Positions 23,298-36,863 of a stretch of DNA of 64,000 nucleotides are shown here, in pieces. Each line of letters begins with the position of its first letter. The first letter of the stretch is position 1. Source of the stretch: Mobula hypostoma (lineage: Eukaryota); assembly GCF_963921235.1 (NCBI RefSeq), contig NC_086097.1, forward strand, positions 34,534,001 through 34,598,000, in the 5' to 3' direction. Both the position numbers and the translations under genes were made by a program. Below the pieces are notes generated by a model that was not told where the DNA came from, searched no databases, and saw nothing but the letters and a program-made list of their open reading frames with translations.

Positions 23298-25189
23298 TGT
23301 GGAACACTTGATTGAGGGGTAATGGAGACAGGTACTCTTGCAGTATTTCAGGCATATTTAGATGATCATTTGAAACACTGGTGGAGTTGCTTCCAGTTAC
23401 AAAGGTTCGATCCTGACATCTGGTGCTGTCATTGTGGTGGTTGCACAATCCACATGTTGCTGTAAGGGTTTCATGCAGGTGTTCCGAGTTCATCTCACAT
23501 CCTAAGTTAGAGGTTCTCAACCTGGGGTCCTTGGACCCTTGGTTAATGGTAGGGGTCCGTGACATAAGAATGATAACTTGGTGCATTAGTGTGCCATGCA
23601 AATTGCCTCTGGTGTGTATGTGAGTGATAGCATCTGGCAAGTCGATGGGAATGTGGGAGGAATAGATGGGGGTTGGTGAAAAATGCCTGTCTGACAATCA
23701 ACATGGGCTGGAGACCCTCTAACTCTGCTTGACACTATAAGGCTAAGGTTTGAATGCAAGAAAATGCGATTAGTATGATTGATACTTGATGGTTAGCACA
23801 ACCACGTTCGATCAGTTTCCATGCCGTTTATCACTAAGACGGTTTGGATGAGGTATTCCAGAGCTTAAAATTGGGCATTTGGGGATCTGAATTCCTCAGT
23901 ATTGTGTAGATTGAGAATTCCTGAGGTGGAGGGGAGCAAGGATGAGATTTGCAATGCAAATGTATGTTTGAGGTATGTTGAACCAGCAGACTGGTAGTTT
24001 GTTGATTTTGGAGATTGACATCTGAGTTTGGATAGTCTCAAGTGGAGATATAGTTCAACCATCTGTAAGCTTAAGATCACTTGAAAACCCTGCCACAGGT
24101 ACTGCCTTTCACCAAGTTATATTTAATTATCATACCACTGCTTGTTGACACATGTTGCTTTCCAGTTAAGCAATCTCTTGATTTTAAAATCCTCTTTCTT
24201 GTTTGCATACCCTCCTTGGTCATCCTTGTCTATCGCTAATTTCCTACATTTCTATAATTCTCAGAGATAACTGTGCACCTTAGATTCTGCATTCTTGGTT
24301 GCTCTACCACTGACCTATGGTAATTTCTGGAATTTCTACTGTGAACCTCTCCACTTCTCTGCTCTGCTCATGTAACGTGTTGTTTAATCAAACTTTTGGT
24401 CATTTCCCCTTGGGTTTCCATTGAGGTGTCAGACTTTGTTTTATCATGCTCCAAAGGCGTTTCCTGGTGCTTGGGGGGAAATTCAAGCAGCATCAGCACT
24501 GAAGGACAAGTAATCGGCTTGAATTCCAGCTGTTGCTTGTCAAAAGTCAGAAGCAAAAAGCACACCCTCCTCCCCTTTGCATTTGTAGAACACATTGTTT
24601 TATTCTAGGGGCTTGGGGGCTGGGGGGGGCGGGGACATGTGCATTTTGATAGGCCTCTGTAGACTACGTGACTCTGTTCTACCATGAACCACCTGCTGGG
24701 GACCATGCTACCATCAACCATGCTGGGAAGAGCTCCAAAAATTGTTTTAAATTTCTTTGTGAGATCAATGTGTCTAACAGGCAACTTCTACTATACGCAC
24801 AATCCCAATAAATATTGCAAATTGTGCTATATATTCAGAGGAACTATTTTAATAAAATAACTTGGAAATATTTTGTATCTACTATCTATATTAATACAAA
24901 TCAAAGCTACATCTTTTGAATAAAAAAGTACAAATGCTGGGAAAATTTGGCAGGCCAGGCAGCACCTGTGAAAATAAATAATTAAAGAGGGATTATTGAC
25001 CTGAAATGTTAATTCTTTCTTTTTTCAAAATGCCAAGATTTTTTTCCAGATTTTTCTGCTTTTAATTCAGATTTCCACTGTCTGCATTTTTTGAATGTAG
25101 GTTTGGAAATCTAGCTCAAGGGTTTACCATATTTGCTTGATTTTCCTCAATTCTGCTTCAATGGCTATAGCCCAGTAACAGTTACATCC

Positions 25190-26560
25190 AGAGTCATGGT
25201 GTTTTGAGAGGTTGGTGATGAAACATACCACCTGCTGCCTCAGAAGTGACTTGAATCTGCTCCGGTTTGCCTACCTACACAGCAGGTCTACAGCAGATGC
25301 CATCCCATTGGCTCTTCACTCAACCCTAGAACAGCAAAGATGCATACAGCAGGATGCCCTTTATCAACTACAGCATCAATACCAAAAACTAACCAATAAG
25401 CTCCAGGACTCTGGCCTCAATACCTCCTTATGCAATTAGATCTTCAATTTCCTCACTTGCAGATGCCATTCAGTTCGGATTGGCAACAACATCTCCTTCA
25501 CAACCTCCATATGCACAGGTGCACCACAAGGCTGTGTACTGAGCTCCTGCTCTACTCACTTTACACCTATGACTGAGGCTAAGCACAGCTCCAATGCCAT
25601 GTTCAAGTCTGCTGAGGACACCATTGTCATAAGCCGAATCAAAGATGGTGACGAGTCAGCATACAGAAGGGAGATTGAAAGTCTGGCTGAGTGGTGCCAC
25701 ATCAACAACCTCTTACTCAATGTTAGCAAGACCAAGGAGAAGGAAACCAGAGATCCACAAACCAGTCATCATCAGAGGTGGAGAAGGTCAGCAACGTTAA
25801 ATTCCTCTGTGTTATTATTTCGGAGGACCTGTCCTGGGCCCAGCACATAAGTGCAATTGTGAAGAAAGCATGGCAGTGCCTCTACTTCCTTAGGAGTTTG
25901 CGGAGATTCGTCACGATACCTAAAACTTTAACTAACTTCTGTAGATGTGTACTGGAGAGTATAATGACTGGCTGCTTCACAGCCTGGTATGGAAACATAA
26001 TGCCCTTGAATGGGAATTCCTACAAAAAGTAATGGCTAGGCCCGGTCCATCGCGGGTAAAGCCCTCCCTACCATTGAGCACGTCTACATGAAATGCTGTC
26101 ACAGGAAAGCAGCATCCATCATCAGGGACTCCCAGCACCCAGGTCTTTCTCTCATCTCACTTCTGCCATCCAGAAGAAGAAGGTACAGGAGCCTCAGGAC
26201 TCACACCACCAGATTCAGGATCAGTTATTACCCTCAACCTTCAGTTCTTGAACCAGAGGGGATAAATTCATTCACCTTCACTTGGCCCATCATTGAAATG
26301 TTCCCACAACCAATGGACTCACTCTCAAGGATTCTTCATCTCATGTTTTCGATATTTATTGCTTATTTATTATTTCTTTTTATTTGCACAGTTTGTTGTC
26401 TTCCGCAGTGTGATTGAACGTCCAAGTTGGGCAGTCTTTCATTGATTCTGTTATTGTTATTAGATTCTGTAGATTTATTGGGAATGCCTGTGAGGAAATG
26501 AATCTCAGAGTTGAATATGATGACATATGAAATTTGATAATAAGTGTACTTTGAACTTTA
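25190..26560 (+). mobile_element. Rex/L2-type LINE, decayed RT and 3' UTR
   Basis: ORF fragments 25212-26417 (FAY...STADAI; KSAEDT = YADD remnant; LLLNVSKTKE). Confidence 0.85.
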
Positions 26561-27734
26561 TTTTTGCTGAAACCTTTGGGTCAAGTGATAGTCGGTGATA
26601 GTTAATTAGTTAAGAGTCCTTTTAGAAATTTTTTTGCAGTAGAGTTCCTGATATTACTTGCAGTGCTGTGGTGTGGAACTGAGTACAGATTTTTCATGTT
26701 GTAGAAGGAAAATTGGCCTTGACCTGAGTGATATTTTTGTTTTTTTTGTACTTAGCTCGGAAGTTTATGCTACAATTTGCTTGAAATTGGAATGTATCAT
26801 TACTCCATTTGACAATGTTGCCACAAACCTGAAATAAATCAATTCCTACACTTTGAAAAGCAGCTTGTGACAAAATTGGATTTTTACTTTCATTGCCACT
26901 GTACAAAGCACTTACAGGCCAAACACATACTTTTATCACCCAGGTTGTGTTGGAGTAACAGCTCATTTGAATGAGAAATTCTCTAATAAACCTGCAATTT
27001 GGCCAAGCTCAGATTTCTTTTAAAGAGATAGCATAGAACACTTAAAAAGAGCGTTAAGAAATCAAAGCTGAAATGGGCCATTCAGCTCCTCATTTCTACT
27101 ATATCATTTAGTAAAGCCTTCTTAACACAATCCCCTTATCCCTTCTCTCCCTCATTACCTAGAAATCATACATTCTGTGATGATAGAGAATTTCTCATTT
27201 TATATATGTACATTAACATTTACTTCCAGCTGATCAGTAAAATGTGGTGATAGTTAAAGGGATAAAGCAACCTTACCTCAGGAGAGAGTAAATAATTGGT
27301 GTCTGAAGATCTAGGAGAGAGGACTTGACAAGGAATTGAAGTGGATAAAGACTGGAGAAGGAATAGGAGGGGGCAGAAGCCTAAGAAAGGGTGGTTGAGT
27401 TAAAGAAAGAGATGAGAGAAGAATGGGCTGAGCAGAGAATGGGAGCGGAAGGAAGGCAGAATGAGAGAGGGAACTGGGGTGTGGCGGGATGCAGGAGAAA
27501 TCTGTGTGAAAGAGAGCATTTGTATGTATGGTTGTGAAGATGTTACATCCATGCAGTAGAGTTAGTCTTCAATTATTATGAGTAATAAGTGTGGAGAGGA
27601 GGCAATAGAATTTCAATTAATTTTGACTTGGGACGGGTGAAGAGCACCTACATGGAGTGCACTGGGAGAAGTTTGGGCGCCACGGTAGCAGAGCCATTAG
27701 CGAGACGCTACAATGACTTTGGGTGTTCCGGAGT

Positions 27735-29030
27735 TATTCAACCTCCGAGTACTGTGAGGGAAATACAGCCAGCATCAACAGGACATCTTCCACGTGTTCA
27801 TAGACTTCAAGAAAGTATTCACTAGGGTGTGGCATGATGCTCTCTGGGCCACAGTGAAGAGGTACAACCTGGGCCAGAAGCTGACCCAAACCATCAAGCA
27901 GCTTTACACCAAAGCTAACAGTGTGGCACTGCCAAAGGGTCTTGGCCCGAAATGTCAACTGTACTTTTTTCTATAGATGCTGCCTGGCCTGCCGAGTTCC
28001 TCCAGCATTTTGTGTGTGTTGCTTGGATTTCCAGCATCTGCAGATATTCTGTTGTTAGTGCAGTACTTGTTCAAGGCACAGGTGGAGAGTGGTTCCACAC
28101 ATCAGTTAGAATCCAACAAGGCTGCCTCCTTTCACCCACGCTGTTCAACATTTTCTTGGAGCAAATAATGACAGATGCCCTGGACCATGTCAGCACAGTC
28201 AGTATCGGAGGACAGATAGTAACCAACCTCAGGTTCACTGATGACATTGTGGGCTGGCAGGGAGTGAGGATGAACTGGCCCGCCTTGTGAACCATCTGGA
28301 TGGTACATCTAGCAGATATGGCATGGAGATCAGCACAGAGAAAACCAAGCTGATGAGAAACAGCGAGGATCCAATCACGGCAAAAATCACAGGCAGTGGA
28401 CAAGAACGAGAGACAGTCAAACAGTTCAAGTACCTTGGCACCACCATCAACCAAGAAGGATCAAAGCCTGAAGTCCTTCCAGGGCAATCCAAACAACAGC
28501 AATGCTGGCTAACCTAAAACCAATCTGGAGAGACAACAATATCACTCTCAAATCCAAGTTGAAACTCCGTCACGCACTTGTGCTCTCCATCTTTTTGTAT
28601 ACATGTGAATCATGGACTCTGACAGCTGAACTGCAAAAGAAGATCCAGGCAATGGGAATGAGATGTTTCAGAAGGCTCCTCAGCATCTCCTATACTGACC
28701 ATGTCTCAAACGATGAAGAGAAAAGAACCATCACCCAGCACATGAGACAAAGATCTACTCTCCACAGTAACGAAAAGGAAACTGAAATGGTATGGCCACA
28801 TGAGAAGATCAAGTGGACTCTCAAAGACCGTTCTTCAGGGAACAGTGCAAGGGGAAAAGAAAAAGGGGCAGACAGAGGAAGAAATAGACAGACAACATTG
28901 CAGAGTGGACTGGAGAGAGCTTTGCCACAACCCAGGCACTCGCCCACAACTGTGAGAGATGGGGACAACAGGTGCAGCTCTCATCTGTACAGCACTCCTA
29001 CAACCCAGGCAGGTTGCGGGATCTATAACT
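27735..29030 (+). mobile_element. RTE-clade LINE inserted into a V-SINE (27675-27734 + 29030-29265), with a Penelope pLTR nested at ~27925-28056
   Basis: ORFs FIDFKKVF, QQGCLLSPTLFNIFLE, NLRFTDDI, FKYLG, YTCESWTL. The SINE head and body are split around it. Confidence 0.82.
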
Positions 29031-29837
29031 GCAACACTTCAGAGTTCAATTCTGGCACCGTTCTGTAAGGAGTTTCTACACATCCTCCCCGTGGAATGTG
29101 TGGGTTTTCTCCGGATGCTCTGCTCTCCTCCCACTGTCCAAAGAAATGCCGTGTAGGTCAACTGGTCATTGTGAATTGTCCCATAATTAGGCTAGGGTTA
29201 ATTGGGGCTGTGGGGTTGCTGGGACAACAAGGCTCAAAGGGTTATATTGCTAAGTAAATAAAATAATGTTTCATCTGATGATCAGTGGAAATATAGACAG
29301 CGATGAAAATCAATTGCCACAGTTATGGACAAGACGTGGGTTTGAACCTTAGCTTTTTGAAGCAGGCCGTTTATGATTTTTATTTCAACTTGAACAAATG
29401 GTCAAACAAAAGCATGCAGCCGGAGAGTTGAATGTTATTCAAAGTAACATGTATGGCGAAGTGGAGGAAGCCCTCCCACTATTTGCAGAGTTGTGTACCT
29501 CCGTCATGGGTTGGAGTTTTCTCCAGAGTTTGATTGCTAAATCCTTGATTGCAATACACAAAGAGCATTATACTATTGGAAAGGCCACTTTCTTCAAGAG
29601 AAACATTCCAGTTGCTGCTTTGTTTGCCCAACTGCCACAGCACGCATTGGAATAGAGGTTCCCCCCCCCCCCCAGCTAATGACATGGTTCTGTTCCTGTA
29701 AATTGTTCAGAACCTGAGTTGTTCATAAGCTGGAAACACGGCCCTGAACCATGCTTCCAACCCGCAGAAGTTGCCTGCAGCCCCACAGAATTTGGTAAGT
29801 TCATCTACGAGTCTCCCAAATGATTATTTGTATGACA

Positions 29838-30250
29838 GACGAGAGAATCTGCAGATGCTGGAAATCTAAGAACATAAGGACATAAGAAATAGGAGCAGGA
29901 GTAGGCCATCCGGCCCATCGAGCCTGCCCCGCCATTCAATAAGATCATGGTTGATCTGTCCGTAAACTCAGCTCCACCTACCTGCCTTTTCTCCATAACC
30001 CTTAATTCCCTTACTATGTAAAAATCTATCTAACTGTATCTTAAATATATTTAGTGAAGAAGCTTCAATTGCTTCCCTGGGCAGAGAATTCCACAGATTC
30101 ACCACTCTCTGGGAAAAACAGTTTCTCCTCATCTCCATCCTAAATCTTCTCCCCTGCCGAAGGGTTTCGGCCTGAAATGTCGACTGCACTTTTTTCCATA
30201 AATACTGCCTGGCCTGCTGAGTTTCTCCAGCATTTTGTGTGTGTTGTTTA
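29838..30250. mobile_element. Penelope pLTR pieces flanking a minus-strand CR1 3' end (~29868-30150)
   Basis: Chimeric ORF 29968-30327 joins pLTR-derived sequence to CR1 FSQRVVNLWNSLP. CR1 tail taagaacataaggacataaga. Confidence 0.7.
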
Positions 30251-30449
30251 TTTGAAAGTGTGGGTTTTACATGATTGGACATTTGCAAGCTGGAAGGACG
30301 TGCAAAGCAAATTAGATCAGCTGTCACAATGCAGCATTTTATGACTCAAGAGTATTACAATATTTTATTAGAGAACTACAATATCAGGCCCAGACTTTGG
30401 ACTGTGACCCATTTCTATGTTGTATATTGAGTTCTTTGTTAAAGTGCAT

Positions 30450-30700
30450 GGCAGTATAGTGGTTAGTTCAACACTTTACAGTGTAGGTGACTGGGATTCA
30501 ATTCCTGCCACAGCCTGTAAGAAGTTTGTACATTCTCCCTGTGACTGCGTGGGTTTCCTCTAGGTGCTCCAGTTTCCTCCCACAGTTAACTGGTCGTTGT
30601 AAACTGCCCCATGATTAGGCTAGGGTGAACTCGGGGGATTGCTGGGCGGCGCGGCTGGAAGAGCCACAAAGGCCTGTTCTACCTTGTATAAAATAAAATG
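30450..30700 (+). mobile_element. tRNA-derived V-SINE (HE1-like)
   Basis: A/B-box-like head (gtggttag, gattcaattcc) and conserved body gagtttgtacattctccc...gcgtgggtttcctc, similar to the copy at 35295. Confidence 0.75.
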
Positions 30701-31014
30701 AAAAGAATTTAACCATTTTCAATACTGCATTTCATTTTTCCAAATTTCAGCATATGGTCTTCAGCACCAATTAGGACATTTTTTTCCAAAAGCAAAATGA
30801 AACTGATGCTTGAAATCTGAAATAAAATAGAAAGTGCCGAAGGTACAGACCAGGTCAGTTAGCATTTGTGGAGACAGAGACAGAGTTAATCTTTCTGGCA
30901 AATATCTTGTTTATACAAGACCTGTAACTTCTATGCTCTAAACTTGAGGTCCATGACCTTCTTAATGCGTGTTATATTGGTCTGATTTAGTTTTAAATAT
31001 TAGACCCTGCCTCA

Positions 31015-32070
31015 AGTCACAGAGTCATAGTACAGAAACAGGCCTTCAGCCCATCTAGTCTATGCCGAACCATTTAAACTGTCTACTCCCGTTGACCTGC
31101 ACCAGGACCAGAGCCCTCCGTATCCCTGCCATCCACGTATCTGTCCAAACTTCTCTTAAATGTTGAAATCGAGCTTGCATGGATTGCTTGTGCTGACAGC
31201 TTGTTCCACACTCTCATGACCCTCTGAATGAAGAAGTTTCCACCTCCTCATGTTCCCCTTAATCTTTCACCTGTCACCCTTAACCCATGACCTCCAGTTG
31301 TAGTCCCACTCAATCTCAGTGGAAAAAGCCTGCTTGCATTTACCCTATCTATACTCATAATTTTGCATACCTCTATCAAATCTCCTCTTAATCTTCTACT
31401 TTCTAAGGAATAAAGTCTTAACCTATTCAATTTTTCCTTACAACTCAGGTCATCCGAACCCGGCAACATCCTTGTAAATTTTCTCTGTACTCTTTTGACC
31501 CTATTTATATGTTTCCTGTAGGTAGGTGACCAAAACTGCACACAATACTCCAAATTAGGCCTCACCAATGCTTTGATAAGCTTTAACATACATCCCATCT
31601 CCTGTAGTCAATACTTTGATTTATGAAGGCCAATGTGCCAAAAGCTTTCTTTATGACCCTATCTACCTGCGCTGCCCCTTTCAGTGAATTATGGACCTGT
31701 ATTCCCAGATTCTTTTGCTCTACCGTACTCCTCAGTGCCCTACCACACTCCTCGGTGCCCTACCGTTCACTGTGTAAGACCTACCTTGGTTGGTCCAATC
31801 AAAGTGCAACACCTCGCACTTGTCTGCATTAAATTCCATCTACCATTTTTCCAGATGGTCCAGATCCTCTGCAAATCATGATAACCTTCCTCGCTGTCCA
31901 CTACACCCCCAGTCTTGGTGTCACCCACAGATTTGCTCATCTAGTTAACCACATTATCATCCAGCACATTGATATAGATGACAGGCAACAACAGGCCCAG
32001 CACTGATCTCTTTGGCACTCATTAGTCACTGGCCTCTGGTTAGAGAGCTCACCCTGTAGAACCACTCTGT
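31015..32070 (-). mobile_element. CR1 LINE 3' portion
   Basis: ORF 31248-31598 (ALVRPNLEYCVQFWSP...RRLRGDLIEV). Confidence 0.88.
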
Positions 32071-32844
32071 AGGAGGCAGATCTAAAGGGAGCTAGTGGGA
32101 TTCTATTTATACTGTACTGATTGTTAATGGAAACTTTGTCAGAACTTTCTCAAATAGTACTGCTAAGTTTTACTACTAAATAATATTAATGACATTGCAA
32201 ATAACTTCAGCTTTTATCTAGGATGTCTGAATTGCTGGTTCTTGTTAGAGGGAAAGATTTGTTTTAATCTGGAAATGTAGGAATGTCAATGAGATTAATT
32301 GGTTTGTTTGCCAATTCTGTCCCCAGAGTCAGCACAGACAGGGAAAGGAATGACGGTTGTTCAACATTACTTTGGTTCACTTAATTCACTAGTTAGCCTC
32401 GTCTTTGTGGTTTAATTCACCTCTACTGTGCTTACAGTTCATGTGCAATAACCTAAAATGAATAATTGCTATTAAAAAGATTTGGGGAATCTCAAAACAA
32501 TTTTTTTCATTTGGATCAGAGAGCAGGCTAATGTACCAAGGATAATGTCTGTTCTGTAATTTCATTGCTAATTTCCTTTGTAATTATCCTATTAAATAAT
32601 GAATAAGTGGAATGTGCTGATATACATAGTTCATCAGACTAATGTTTCTGCTACATCTAGTACATGCCCCAAAAATATAAGGAGTAATATTTCATCATGC
32701 AATCTGCTATTCCACATAATTAGCACATAATGCCAGAGTTGTTGTCGTTGTCCTTAGTTTGCCCCTTTGAAATGAGAATGACTTGTTTTCCTCAGTTTTT
32801 GTGAGTTCTAAATGAATTACAACTCTGGGACCTGGAGACTGGCC

Positions 32845-33328
32845 CAAAAATGGGCAGGAGGTGCCTGATGGGAAGTCCTGCAAGCAATCCATCACAGACA
32901 AAGTCCTCCCCACCATTGAGCACATTTACATGGAGCGCTGTTACAAGAAAGCAGCATCCATTATCTAGGCCATGCTCTCTTCTCGCTACTACCACCAGGC
33001 AGGAGGTACTGGAGCCTTGGGTCCCATACCATCAGGTTCAGGAACAGTTATTACCCAACAATTATCGGACTCCTGAATCGGTGTGGGTAACTTCACTCAC
33101 CATAACTGAACAACTCACAAAATCACTTTCAAGGACTCTATAGCATATGATCTCAATGTTATTTACTTTTTATTTGCATAATTTGTCTTTTGCACATTGG
33201 TTGTTTGACGGTCTTTGTTTATGTATAGCTTTTCATAAATTCTGTCGTATTTCTCTATTTTCCTGTAAACGCCTGCAAGAAAATGAATCTCAAGGTAGTA
33301 TATTGTGACATATACATATTTTGATATT
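32845..33328 (+). mobile_element. Rex/L2-type LINE 3' fragment
   Basis: Similar to 26040-26560. Confidence 0.65.
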
Positions 33329-33329
33329 A

Positions 33330-34800
33330 GTGGCATAGACACCACAGCACAGAAACAGGCCCTTCGTCCCATCTAGATTGTGCCAAATTTCTAATCTGCC
33401 TAGTCTCATTGACCTGCACCTGGATCATAGCCCTCCATAACCCTCCCATCCAAATTTCACTTAAGTATTGAAATCAAACTTGGATCCACCAATTCCACTG
33501 ACGGCTTGTTCCACACTATAAGTGAAGAAGTTCCCTTTCATGTGCCCCTTAAACATTTAGCCAGTCACCTGTAACCTATGACCTCTAGTTCTAGTCTCAC
33601 CCAATTTCACTTGAAAAGCTTTCTTGCATCTACCCTATCTGTGCCTCTCATAATTTTGTATATCTCTGTCAAATCTCCCCTCATTCGCTCATGCCCCAGG
33701 AAATAAAGTCCTAACTTGTTCAGCCTTTCCCCATAATTCAGGTTCTCCAGTACGGGCAATGTCCTTGCTAATTTTCTCTGCACTTTATCAATCTTGTTGA
33801 TATCTTTCCTGTAGGTAAGTGGCCAGATCTGCACACAATACTCCAAATTAGACCTCACCAACATCTTATACAACTTCAACATAACATCCCAACTCCTGTA
33901 TTTAGTACTTCGATTTATGAAGTCCAGTGTGCCAGAAGCTCTCCTTATGATGCTATCTACCTGTGATGCCACTTTCACGGAATTATGGACCTGTATTCTC
34001 AGATCCCTCTGCTCTCCTACACTCTTCAGTGCCCTACCACTCACTGTGTAAGACTTACGCTGGCTTTAATTTCCCATTAAGTTCCACCTACCATTGTTCA
34101 GCCCATTTTTCCAGCTGGTGCAGATCCCACTGTAACCTTTGATAGCCTTCCTCACTGTCCACTACACCACCAATCTTGGTATGAGCTGATCCAGTTTACT
34201 ACAATGTCATCTAGGTCATTGATATAGATGACAAACAACAATGACCCATCACTGTTCCCTGTGGCATACCAGTAGTCACAGGCAACCATCTACTACCACT
34301 TTCTGACCTCCCTCGTGAAACTAATGTGTAATCCAGTTTATGACCTCATCCTAAATGCTAAGCGACTAAACCTTCTTGACTAACCTCCCATGCGGGACCT
34401 TGTCTAAGGCCTTGCTAAAGGCATCATTTACCACGCAAAGAAACATCCCTAATCAGTTCCTGTCTATCCAATTACCTATATATCTGGTCTCTTAAGAGTA
34501 CATTCCTATAACCTATCCACTACTAAAGTCAGACTCACCACTTTCCTAATTTCCCAGCTTATTCTTAAAGCCTTTCTTCAACAACAGAAGATCCAATCCT
34601 CCGGCACCTCATGCATTGCTAAGGAGGTTTTAAATATCTCTGCTAGGGTTCCTGTAATTTCTGCACTCGCCTCCCACAGGTTCCGAGGGAATATCCACCC
34701 TAATTTGCCTCTAGACAGTAAACAGCTCATCCCCTAATCTGTATACTGTCCATGACTCAGTGTTGTATTGCCTCACTTCTATGGACTCTGTGTCCGTCAG
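33330..34800 (-). mobile_element. CR1 LINE 3' portion
   Basis: ORF 33607-34044 (LYKMLVRSNLEYCVQIW...RGDLTEIYKI). Confidence 0.88.
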
Positions 34801-35291
34801 GTTGATAAGCACAGAGTATAATAAATACTCATTGACTTTGACTTGACTTTCTCTGATTATTAACAATTTCTAGGTGTTCCTGATGCGCAGCTTTCAGAGT
34901 TCTTAATTTCATCGTGTATGCTTCTCCTCAGGAGGAATGTGGGCCAAATTCAGGCAAGGGGAGGGGAGTGCTAGCTCAGGAATGCACCTTGGTCGGCATA
35001 ACATGTTGGGCTGAAGGGCCAGTTTCATTCTTGTATAACGCTATAACTTTATGGTTTTAAGATAGTTTGAGCAGTTGTGGGTCAGATATTCCTACGAGTC
35101 AGTGAGAATGTTGCTCTTTGAGGAAAATTGGAACGCATCTCAACATGTGGGTCATAGAAAGTATACGGTTTTGCTTCAATCCATCTTGGCAAGAGGGTCA
35201 GATTGCAATATGGCTACTCAATCTCCACTGCGGAAATTAGAGCAAAACTTGTATGCATTTTCAATCAGTGAGTAATGAGTTTTTTTTGGGA

Positions 35292-35565
35292 AGTGGTAGC
35301 GTAGTGTTTAGCACAATGCTTTACACTACTAGCGACCCGGGTTCAATTCCTGCTGCTGTCTGTAAAGAGTTTGTACGTCTCCCCATCACTGCGTGAGTTT
35401 CCTCCAGGTGCTCCGGTTTCCTCCCACAGTCCAAAGACGTACCGGTTAGTAGGTGAATTGGTTATTGTAAATTGTCCTGTGATTAGGCTAGGATTAAATT
35501 GGGGGATTGCTGGCAGCGCAGCTTGAAAGTCCTGAAAAGCCCACTCCACGATATGTGTCAATAAT
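35292..35565 (+). mobile_element. tRNA-derived V-SINE (HE1-like)
   Basis: tagcgtagtg A-box-like motif, ggttcaattcc B-box, conserved V-domain-like body. Confidence 0.8.
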
Positions 35566-35650
35566 TAAATATTGACATTTTCACAACAGTACAAGAGATG
35601 GCTGTCACCGAGTTTACATAAAGAATTGACTGTTTTGATTGCTCCTGCAG

Positions 35651-35815
35651 CAAGAAGGGTCCCTCTGTGCTCAGCATTGCCTCAACAATTTGCTTCAGGG
35701 CGAGTACTTCAGCCCCATAGACCTGTCTACAATTGCACAGCAGTTGGATGAAGAAGAGCGAGAAAGAATGGCAGAAGGAGGAACTACCACAGAAGAATAC
35801 AGAATATTTTTACAG
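35651..35815 (+). CDS. ATXN3: Ataxin-3 coding exon 2
   Basis: QEGSLCAQHCLNNLLQGEYFSPIDLSTIAQQLDEEERERMAEGGTTTEEYRIFLQ, 165 nt, AG/GT bounded; contains catalytic Cys14. Confidence 0.98.
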
Positions 35816-36818
35816 GTAAAATCTGCAGCTTAAATTGTGTTAACTTCAATTGCTCCTTATAGGCCTTTTCAATAATCCAGTTGCGGCAACTCACATCCAA
35901 GTCATATAGTTATGGGTATGAGCCTTGGTCCATGAACTTAAGAAAGTAACTTTAATTTACACAAATGCTGTTAAGAAATTAACAGTGCTTTAACAGTGCT
36001 GCAAGGAAATTAAATGTTATTTAATCTCCAGTGTAAAGGCACTTTTGGAGTTGGATGTATCAGATTCCAGAACACTACTGAAAGAGATTCTGTGGTCTTC
36101 TGGTGTCCTGTTGACGATGTTTTATCACTCAACTAACTCTTAGCAATATTCTTATAGCCATCTGTAATAGGTATTTGTGTGTACATCATTATGGCTTTCA
36201 GCTTCCTGCGTCTCCAAGTCTCCTCTGCAAAGCAGCTGAGATCAGGAATACATTATGCAGGGATGGGTTGTAGAAAGAGAAAATGTCCTCACCACTTTAC
36301 AGTGCAGAGTATTGGGGCTTTCTTTTACCATTCTCACAAATGAATGAGATTTCTAAATAATCTGATTTAAGACTCTTCCTAGTCTGTCATTATGTGACAC
36401 TAAACACTCAATATAAATAATTTTGTGAAGTTGCATTATGCTGTCAACCGGGGGCAGCATTGTAAAAAAATATCTTATTTCAAATGAATGCTTCTAGCTG
36501 CCAGGTCCTTGAGAAAAAAAATCTGAAGAGAGAGTTGAGTTCCTCAGAGTAACTTGTATTTTTTAAAGATGAAAATTTTACATATGCACTATGGTGCTGA
36601 AACATATTCTCAATTACAGTAGTGATTTCAGACATCAACAGATTTGTTTTCACAGTGTTATTCTTGCACGATGTCCCAATCTTGATGCATTTAGCTCTGG
36701 TTGGTAAAATACATTTTCAAACTTTATGTTTTTAGCACTGGGCATTTTTGGCCTCTTAGTCAATGTACTGTGAACATTTCTATTATCACATTTTTACAAT
36801 TTTTCTTTCATTTCAAAG

Positions 36819-36863
36819 CAACCATCAGGGAATATGGATGACAGTGGATTCTTTTCAATTCAA
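36819..36863 (+). CDS. ATXN3: Ataxin-3 coding exon 3
   Basis: QPSGNMDDSGFFSIQ, 45 nt, AAG acceptor and GTAAGT donor. Confidence 0.97.

Noticed and set aside
35292-35352. tRNA gene
   Set aside because: The A/B-box-like head continues into a SINE body and no complete cloverleaf is evident.
11040-35651. In-frame NDUFB1-ATXN3 read-through fusion
   Set aside because: The NDUFB1 donor is phase 2 and the ATXN3 exon 2 acceptor is phase 0, so the splice is out of frame.
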